Below, one piece after another: positions 25,889 to 32,000 of a stretch of 32,000 nucleotides of DNA (within the stretch, counting starts at the first letter, position 1; every line of letters begins with the position of its first letter). The DNA lies in assembly GCF_900079115.1 (NCBI RefSeq), contig NZ_LT549890.1:1440001-1472000 (forward strand), in the 5' to 3' direction. The stretch comes from Saccharolobus solfataricus. Its GTDB lineage: Archaea > Thermoproteota > Thermoprotei_A > Sulfolobales > Sulfolobaceae. Below the pieces are notes generated by a model. It saw nothing but the letters and a program-made list of their open reading frames with translations, did no database searches and was not told the DNA's origin. Both the position numbers and the translations under genes were made by a program.

Positions 25889-26791
25889 GTGTATAAACCC
25901 ACAGTGTGGTTAACACCAAAGCTAAGTTACTCAATAAACTTTGAAAGAATGACTGTTAGGATTGCAAATGTTGGTGAACTACCAATCCTAGGTTATCCAA
26001 GTAACCTCTCCTTCTACAAGGACTGGAAGATGAAGGAGGCTAGACTTGTAATTAAAGATGGTAAAGCATTCCTTAAGGTTGTTTTCGAGAAGAAGCCGGT
26101 AAGGGTTGAAGCTAAGGGTAGTGTTGTTGTTGATATTAATATTGGCGAGATAGTTGTAGGGAAAGATGATACTCATTACGTTAGGATACCAACCCGCTTA
26201 TCTGAGGTTCATCACTTGAAGTCTTTAGCTGAGGGTTTGCAGAGAAAGTATCCAAGAAGGTGGAGGGAGAATAAACACATTAGAGCAAGGATTTCTCATT
26301 TTCACGCTAAGGTTAAGCGTATTATGGAGGATTTTGCCAAGAAGGTTGGCAAGTGGGTTGTTGAGATTGCTGAGGATTTTAATGCTAATGTTACCAAACT
26401 GGAAAGGTTGACTAACTTGATTAAGCGTTAGTGCTTTCAGAAAGTTTATAGCTTTAGACAAAGGATATACCACTAGATCATAGTCTAAGAACTTTTCCAA
26501 AATACTAGTGTGAAAGATCTGCCTTCAGAGTTTAGGGATAAGTTATATTTGATGCAGTATCGTAGGGTTCGGTATTGGGTTGAGTGGCAAGCTAAGAAAC
26601 ACGACTTGTTGGTTCAATACGTTAATCCAGGTTATTCTTCCGTCTCATGTCCTAAGTGTGGGAAAAGGATGGTTGAGGTTTCTCATCGTTGGTTTAAATG
26701 CGGTTGTGGTTATGAGAATGATCGTGACGTTATTGCAATTACGAATTTGAATGGGAGGGGGTCTCTGATCCTCTCGACTGCCCTCAAATGA
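25889..26791 (+). pseudogene. tnpB: 5'-truncated TnpB/OrfB gene split by a MITE
   Basis: [11 protein letters not shown] (RuvC-I), VTKLERL (RuvC-II Glu), CPKCG...CGCG zinc ribbon and [11 protein letters not shown] (RuvC-III) are present. The gene lacks the ~130 N-terminal residues of the intact paralogue. The 79-bp MITE at 26429..26507 separates track ORFs 25889..26431 and 26510..26791. By my count, removing 79 bp does not restore the frame, so additional lesions are likely. Confidence 0.7.
26429..26507 (-). mobile_element. 79-bp SM1-like MITE, copy C (inside the tnpB pseudogene)
   Basis: Reverse complement of copies A and B with one substitution. It is bounded by TA, and its first TAG creates the stop of ORF 25889..26431. 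Confidence 0.75.
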
Positions 26792-26866
26792 GAGATGTAA
26801 GAGCGAATCGATGAGGGAAACATCCGCCATTTATGGTGAAGGAAGTCAGATTGGACTTTAAATATT

Positions 26867-26887
26867 TTAACTAGTTTAACTAGTTAA
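26867..26887. promoter_or_regulatory. Perfect 21-bp palindrome (two AACTAGTT cores), candidate operator of the RHH gene
   Basis: TTAACTAGTTTAACTAGTTAA is symmetric about its central base. It lies between a TATA-like CTTTAAATAT (26857-26866) and the ATG at 26893. Confidence 0.45.
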
Positions 26888-26892
26888 ACTAT

Positions 26893-27225
26893 ATGAAAGT
26901 ACTTATAAAAGATGTTGATGAAAAGCTTTACAGAATGTTAAAGGCTAAAGCGTTAATTGAAGGTATTTCCGTAAGTGAGGCAATAAATGAGGCAATAAAA
27001 CTTTGGTTAATAAATAAAGATTTAGATAGAATTATGGTAATAAAGAGTAAGGACTTTTGGGACGCTGTAAATGAGGGAAAGTATGCGTTATTCTGTGATA
27101 ATAATTTCATAGGCAGTTTTGAAAACGAGGATGAAATGATAAAAGAGGCTAGGAAATACAAGAAGTGTTACGCTTTAAGCGAAAAGTGGTTAGTTGGAGA
27201 GGGTGAACTCACTGGAGTGTTTTGA
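26893..27225 (+). CDS. Ribbon-helix-helix (CopG/MetJ-like) DNA-binding protein with C-terminal extension
   Basis: MKVLIKDVDEKLYRMLKAKALIEGISVSEAINEAIKLWL fits the strand-helix-helix pattern of RHH antitoxins/repressors. It overlaps the next gene by 23-32 nt. Confidence 0.6.
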   Translation: MKVLIKDVDEKLYRMLKAKALIEGISVSEAINEAIKLWLINKDLDRIMVIKSKDFWDAVNEGKYALFCDNNFIGSFENEDEMIKEARKYKKCYALSEKWLVGEGELTGVF

Positions 27226-27574
27226 TATAAATGAAAAGCCTTTACTTCACGTAAAAGTATCTGACTTCAAGAATGAAAATTCTGTTGAGATAGATGCACT
27301 AATTGACACTGGATTTTCTGGTTGGTTACTCCTCAACTACGAAATTTATACGAAACTTAACTCTCTGGAGATTCCTATTACTAGGAAATATAGAAGCATT
27401 TTAGGTAATATTGAAGTTTTCATGTCCAAAGCAAGTATTACCATTAATCGTTTAAATATAGATGCATTTATTGAGTCCTCTCCTTATATAGAAATGAATC
27501 TACTAGGGAGAGAAATATTGAAGAAACTAAATATATGTTTCTATAGAATGAATAAAGTATGCATTCTGCTCTGA
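27194..27574 (+). CDS. Retropepsin-like (clan AA) aspartyl protease domain protein
   Basis: IDALIDTGFSGWLLL contains the D-T-G catalytic signature in the hydrophobic context of single-domain retroviral-type proteases. Size is ~125 aa. The start is TTG 27194 or GTG 27203. Confidence 0.6.
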   Translation: MERVNSLECFDINEKPLLHVKVSDFKNENSVEIDALIDTGFSGWLLLNYEIYTKLNSLEIPITRKYRSILGNIEVFMSKASITINRLNIDAFIESSPYIEMNLLGREILKKLNICFYRMNKVCILL

Positions 27575-27580
27575 CGTCTT

Positions 27581-27700
27581 CCCGTCCTGTACGGTACTCC
27601 CAAAATCATTTTACAAAAATAATTCTGATTGAGCAATGTTAAATTTATTGAACATAATCAAGTTTATCCTAATATCGTGAATTCAATAAATTGGAAAAAG
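27581..27700 (+). mobile_element. Solo ~120-bp end of the diverged ISC1225-related element
   Basis: CCCGTCCTGTACGGTACTCCCAAAATCATTTTACAAAAATAATTCTGATTGAGCAAT... is near-identical to 19944-20070. Similarity is lost after 27700. Confidence 0.6.
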
Positions 27701-27830
27701 AGGTAATAATAACGATAAAGAAACAGAAGAATGATTCAATCATAATATTGAATATACAAGCGAAAGTAGAGGAAGAAGAGAGCGAAGATATCGTATAGCA
27801 TTTATATTCGAGAAATTGAAGAATAATATT

Positions 27831-29054
27831 ATGAAAGTTGTAATAATTGGTGCAGGTCCAGCAGGAGTTTACTCAGCATTAACCTTATCCAAACACGCAA
27901 AAGTTACACTTATAGAAAGGGAAGAAAAACTAGGGGGTACTTGCGTACTTTACGGATGTATACCCACAAAATCCATACTAAGCCAGCTTATCATATCTAG
28001 GCAAGCATCCAATATGAGTTTAAATACGCTCAGAGAATACGCATTGACTTCAATAAATACTATAAGTAAGAGTTTAGAACACTTGCTAAATAGTCATGGG
28101 ATAGAGGTTATTCATGCTAATGGCTTTCTAAGATCGTCTATGGTTCACGCTTCAAATACTTCACTTGCGGCTGATAAGGTTTTAGTTTCAACCGGAACCA
28201 GAAGAGAAAGATTAGGAAAGGTAAAATTCACAGAGGATTTAGCCTATACTAATGAGGATTATAATAAGGTGGTTATAGTAGGAGGAGATGCAGGTGGGAT
28301 AGAATTAGGTTGGATGATGAAGAAACTGGGTAAGGAGGTACATCTTATAGACAAGAACGATTTACTTTTACAAAACATTGATAGGACCCTCTCTGAGATA
28401 GTTACAAATTTTCTAAGTCAGATAGGGATTAAATTATACTTAGGTAAAAAGGTCTCTAAAATTGACGAAACGTCTGTTACTCTTGAAGATAATCAAAAGA
28501 TCTCTGGCGATGCTGTATTCGTAACCTTCGGTCGTAAACCAAATATTGAAGGATTCGAGGAAATTCCCCACGAGAAGTACATATACGTTGACGAATATTT
28601 GAGAACTCAAATTCCTAACATCTATGCAGCAGGGGATATAATAGGTACGTTTACTGCACATGAAGCCATATATGCTGGTATTATAGCTGCGAAGAACATG
28701 TTAGGCGAAAAAAGGGAGTTCATCGTAGAAGGAATACCGAAGGTTATATACATTTACCCACAAATAGCCTATGTAGGTACTACTAATGGTAATTGTGTTA
28801 CTTTTAACACGTTAAATTTAACTAGAACAATAGTAGAAAGGGAAAGTGAAGGATTCTTAAAGATATGCGAGAGAGATAACAGAGTAATTGGGGCGGTAGC
28901 GTTCATGCCCTATGCAGAAGACGTAATTTCTCTTATTTCGGTATTAATACGATACCAAATAAGTTTGAAGGATACGATAGATCTTGTTATGCCTCATCCT
29001 TCTTATCTGGAAGCAATTACTGAGGCTTTAAATATGTTACAAAGTAAAGGGTAA
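27831..29054 (+). CDS. lpd: Dihydrolipoamide dehydrogenase-like class I pyridine nucleotide-disulfide oxidoreductase (E3)
   Basis: Diagnostic motifs are the FAD fold VVIIGAGPAG, the redox disulfide GGTCVLYGCIPTK, the NAD fold VVIVGGDAGGIELG, and the C-terminal HPSYLE (His-Glu dyad region). ATG 27831 is preferred over TTG 27816. Confidence 0.8.
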   Translation: MKVVIIGAGPAGVYSALTLSKHAKVTLIEREEKLGGTCVLYGCIPTKSILSQLIISRQASNMSLNTLREYALTSINTISKSLEHLLNSHGIEVIHANGFLRSSMVHASNTSLAADKVLVSTGTRRERLGKVKFTEDLAYTNEDYNKVVIVGGDAGGIELGWMMKKLGKEVHLIDKNDLLLQNIDRTLSEIVTNFLSQIGIKLYLGKKVSKIDETSVTLEDNQKISGDAVFVTFGRKPNIEGFEEIPHEKYIYVDEYLRTQIPNIYAAGDIIGTFTAHEAIYAGIIAAKNMLGEKREFIVEGIPKVIYIYPQIAYVGTTNGNCVTFNTLNLTRTIVERESEGFLKICERDNRVIGAVAFMPYAEDVISLISVLIRYQISLKDTIDLVMPHPSYLEAITEALNMLQSKG

Positions 29055-29589
29055 AGAAATGTTCATTGCTGAGTGGAACTCATAGTTTCATTATTAACCT
29101 ATTTTTGTATTACGAGTATTAGGACGTAATCAAGTATTCCATTGCCCTAGTCTTGCGGAACAAATCGCTAATCCTTGAGTTTATTGGTCAATAATTACAC
29201 TATAATATGTTGTACGTCATTTAGAGATTGAAAGCAGATCCATATAAGTTTTTTATATGAATTTTTAGGGGTGAGGTTCACTACTTAACAATAAAAGCAT
29301 ATTTTACGATTTATCAAATAGCAGTATTTTTAGAGAAATTTCAAGGAATTAATGATCTTTATGAAAATATCGATAAAAATTTTAGAGTTTCTAATTTGAG
29401 ACCCATTATTTGCGTTACTGACTTAAAGAGAAGTATAAATTTTCTCATGACTATTCATTGGAATCTTTAAATTTAACGATTTTCTGATACCGCAAATCTA
29501 AAATTGCTTGCAACAACGACGTTTTACCCTCTCATAGCTATTTTGTTAACATTTAAATACTTCAATTTTAATATACTTTTATTGAGATA

Positions 29590-30588
29590 ATGTTTCAAGA
29601 TATCCCTAAAAGTAAATTATTAGACATGTATAAAAAGATGCTATTAATTAGATACCATGAGCTTACTGCTAAAGAGCTCTTCGCATCTGGTAAGATTCCG
29701 GGATTTGTGCATCTCTATGTAGGTGAAGAGGCTGTAGCTGTAGGGGTTATGAGTACGCTAAGAGATGATGACTATATAACTAGTACGCATAGAGGACATG
29801 GGCATTGTATAGCTAAGGGTTTAGACGTAAAGAGGATGTTAGCAGAGATAATGGGTAAGAAAACTGGAGTGTGTAAAGGAAAAGGTGGATCGATGCACAT
29901 TTTTGATTATAGTAAAGGTATGTTAGGCGCAAACGGTATAGTTGGTGGAGGAGCTCCTCATGCTGTAGGCGCGGCATTAGCGTTTAAACTTAAAGGTTTG
30001 GATCGTGTAGCTGTGGCATTTATTGGAGATGGGGCTATGAATCAAGGTGTGGTTTTGGAGTCTTTAAATCTCTCTGCTATATGGAAACTTCCAGTAATAT
30101 TTGTAGTAGAAGATAACATGTATGCGATGTCAACTAGAAGTTTAGTACCTGGTAAATTACAGCCTAGGCATTCAGCTGCTAAAAGTTATGTTGAGAGGGC
30201 CTTAGGTTTTGGAATACCAGCTGTAGAAGTGGATGGGATGGACGTACTAGCAGTTTATGAGGTGGCTAAAGAAGCTGTTGATAGGGCTAGAAGAGGAGGA
30301 GGCCCATCCTTATTACATTGTAAGACTTACAGATTCTTTGGACACTTTGAGGGAGATCCTTTAGTTTATAGAGATAAAGAGGAGGAAGAGATGTGGAGAA
30401 AGAGGGATCCTATTACTCTATTTAGAGATAAACTTGTTTCAAATAATATTATAAATTCAGAGGAATTGGATAAGATAGACAGAGAGGCTAAAGCGGAAAT
30501 AGAGCAAGCATTGAAATTTGCTGAGGAAAGTCCATATCCAGAAGTAGAAGAAGCTCTCACTGACGTTTTTACAGACAACTCGTATTAG
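29590..30588 (+). CDS. Thiamine-diphosphate-dependent 2-oxoacid/acetoin dehydrogenase E1 alpha subunit
   Basis: The ThDP-binding motif is IGDGAMNQG...VVEDNMYAMST. The region YITSTHRGHGHCIAKG is typical of PdhA/AcoA-type E1 alpha. Confidence 0.85.
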   Translation: MFQDIPKSKLLDMYKKMLLIRYHELTAKELFASGKIPGFVHLYVGEEAVAVGVMSTLRDDDYITSTHRGHGHCIAKGLDVKRMLAEIMGKKTGVCKGKGGSMHIFDYSKGMLGANGIVGGGAPHAVGAALAFKLKGLDRVAVAFIGDGAMNQGVVLESLNLSAIWKLPVIFVVEDNMYAMSTRSLVPGKLQPRHSAAKSYVERALGFGIPAVEVDGMDVLAVYEVAKEAVDRARRGGGPSLLHCKTYRFFGHFEGDPLVYRDKEEEEMWRKRDPITLFRDKLVSNNIINSEELDKIDREAKAEIEQALKFAEESPYPEVEEALTDVFTDNSY

Positions 30589-30599
30589 GGTGCATGTAA

Positions 30600-31574
30600 A
30601 TGAGGCAGATAACGTTTACTGAAGCAATAAATGAGGCCTTAAGGCAAGAAATGGAAAGAGATCCCTCAGTCATATTAATAGGGGAAGATATAGGTGTTTA
30701 TGGCGGAGCTTTTGGAGTAACTAAGGGTTTAATTGAGAAATTTGGCTCCGATAGAGTTATTGATACTCCAATATCTGAGGCTGGGTTCATAGGTGCAGCA
30801 GTAGGTGCTGCATTAGCTGGCTTAAGACCAGTAGTGGAGTTAATGTTTGTAGATTTCTTTGGAGTTGCAATGGATCAGATCTATAATCAAATGGCTAAAT
30901 TAAGGTATATGTCTGGAGGGCAATTGAAAGTACCCCTTACTTTAAGAGCACCAATAGGTGCGGGAATAAGTGCTGCAGCTCAACATTCGCAAACCCTTTA
31001 CTCAATTTTCGCTCACGTACCTGGTTTAAAGGTAGTTGTACCCTCTACTCCTCACGATGCTAAAGGTTTGTTAATCTCATCGATACGTGATGATAACCCA
31101 GTAGTATTCTTAGAACATAAGGTGTTATATGGGATAAAAGGTGAAGTACCGGAAGAAGAGTACACTATACCTCTAGGTAAGGCAGAGATAAGAAGAGAAG
31201 GAGATGACGTAACAGTAATTGGAATAGCCAGAACAGTATGGCATAGTTTAGAGGCTGCGGAACAACTGTCTAAGGAAAGTATAAGTGTGGAGGTTATTGA
31301 TGTGAGATCAATAGTTCCTTTCGATAAGGAGACCGTTATTAAATCGGTTAAGAAAACGGGGAGGGTTGTAATTGTGGATGAGGATTATGACAGATGTGGC
31401 TTCGCCTCATGGGTTTCTTCCATAATCGCAGACGAAGCCTTTGAATACTTGGATGCGCCAATAAAGAGAATAACTACTCCTAACGTCCCTATACCCTTCA
31501 GTCCTCCCTTAGAGCAATATATATTACCAGATTCTAAAAAGATTGTTAATACAGTTAAATCAATATTGGGGTAA
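30600..31574 (+). CDS. 2-oxoacid/acetoin dehydrogenase E1 beta subunit
   Basis: ILIGEDIGVYGGAFGVTKGL..RVIDTPISEAGFIGAAVGAA and a transketolase-C-like C-terminal half are present. It starts 11 nt after E1 alpha. Confidence 0.85.
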   Translation: MRQITFTEAINEALRQEMERDPSVILIGEDIGVYGGAFGVTKGLIEKFGSDRVIDTPISEAGFIGAAVGAALAGLRPVVELMFVDFFGVAMDQIYNQMAKLRYMSGGQLKVPLTLRAPIGAGISAAAQHSQTLYSIFAHVPGLKVVVPSTPHDAKGLLISSIRDDNPVVFLEHKVLYGIKGEVPEEEYTIPLGKAEIRREGDDVTVIGIARTVWHSLEAAEQLSKESISVEVIDVRSIVPFDKETVIKSVKKTGRVVIVDEDYDRCGFASWVSSIIADEAFEYLDAPIKRITTPNVPIPFSPPLEQYILPDSKKIVNTVKSILG

Positions 31575-31581
31575 ATTTTGA

Positions 31582-32000
31582 TTGCCGGCTGTAGGAATTA
31601 TTGTTAACCCTGAATCTGGAAGGGATATTAGAAGGCTAGTTGCAAAAGCTACCTTTGTCTCTAACTACGCTAAGATAGATACAATAAAGCGTTTTCTTTA
31701 TGGGCTAAACATAACTAACTCTGTCGATGAGGTCGTATTTATGCCAGACTTTTACGGAATTTCCTTAGATATAATAAGTGATATTAAGGATGATGTTAAG
31801 TTTAAGTTAAGTACTCTAGATATGAGGGTAGAGAATACCGCAGATGATACTATTAACGCTTCAAAATACATGATAGAGAGTGGAGTAGATGTCATAGTAA
31901 GCGCTGGTGGGGATGGCACTCTACGGGCAGTATACAAAGGGGCAGGGGACAAGGTACCAATACTTGGTCTCTCCTTAGGAACAAATAACGTCTTAGGTGC
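31582..32000 (+). CDS. ATP-NAD kinase / AcoX-like protein, 5' part (runs off the right edge)
   Basis: The frame is open from TTG 31582 to the window end: LPAVGIIVNPESGRDIRRL...VIVSAGGDGTLRAV...PILGLSLGTNNVLG. It carries the GGDGT and G-x-N-x-G-x-LGF-type motifs of NAD kinases. It is absent from the track because it is truncated. Confidence 0.6.
   Translation, partial: MPAVGIIVNPESGRDIRRLVAKATFVSNYAKIDTIKRFLYGLNITNSVDEVVFMPDFYGISLDIISDIKDDVKFKLSTLDMRVENTADDTINASKYMIESGVDVIVSAGGDGTLRAVYKGAGDKVPILGLSLGTNNVLG

Noticed and set aside
27792-27806. 15-nt identity (TCGTATAGCATTTAT) between the lpd promoter region and the left junction of the intact ISC1217-like copy
   Set aside because: The match includes 5 nt of host flank at the IS copy, stops after 10 nt of IS sequence, and coincides with a TATA-box-like sequence. 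An AT-rich 15-mer match at this scale is compatible with chance.

Overview
AT-rich archaeal sequence with Sulfolobales character: frequent GTG/TTG starts, TATA-like boxes about 25-30 nt upstream of starts (consistent with leaderless transcripts), and ISC-type insertion sequences. It most resembles a Saccharolobus/Sulfolobus solfataricus accessory region; IS and MITE family names are from memory. About 40% of the window is mobile DNA. This comprises an IS607-type tnpA/tnpB element, two ISC1217-like copies (one intact with 6-bp target site duplications (TSDs), one internally deleted), and two ISC1048-like IS630 copies (both inactivated). It also includes an IS5-like element, a decayed ~1.05-kb IS carrying a nested IS110-family element, an apparently intact ~1225-bp ISC1225-like element, three solo or miniature ISC1225-type ends, three ~79-bp MITEs and one ~184-bp MITE. 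Cellular or accessory genes lie between these. They are a 1039-codon protein with two Walker-A P-loops, a metallophosphoesterase, a vapBC pair, and a tightly overlapping four-gene type III-B cassette (cmr4-cmr5-cmr1-cmr6) with no cas10, cmr3, cas6 or CRISPR array in the window. Also present are a PaREP1-like gene, a PNP/UDP-family phosphorylase, a frameshifted HEPN gene, a MITE-disrupted tnpB, and a ribbon-helix-helix (RHH) / retropepsin-like gene pair behind a perfect 21-bp palindrome. The right end carries a 2-oxoacid/acetoin dehydrogenase cluster (E3, E1 alpha, E1 beta, NAD-kinase-like gene). No rRNA, tRNA or CRISPR array was seen. The most notable observations are the Cas10-less Cmr backbone cassette ending in an IS pile, and the structured 5' leader of the IS110-family element, which carries exact copies of both element ends and of the insertion junction (bridge-RNA-like). 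Also notable are the unclassified double-P-loop giant protein with a ~100-bp relic copy 4 kb away, and the RHH-aspartyl-protease pair. Hand-derived coordinates that are not in the ORF track may be off by 1-2 nt.
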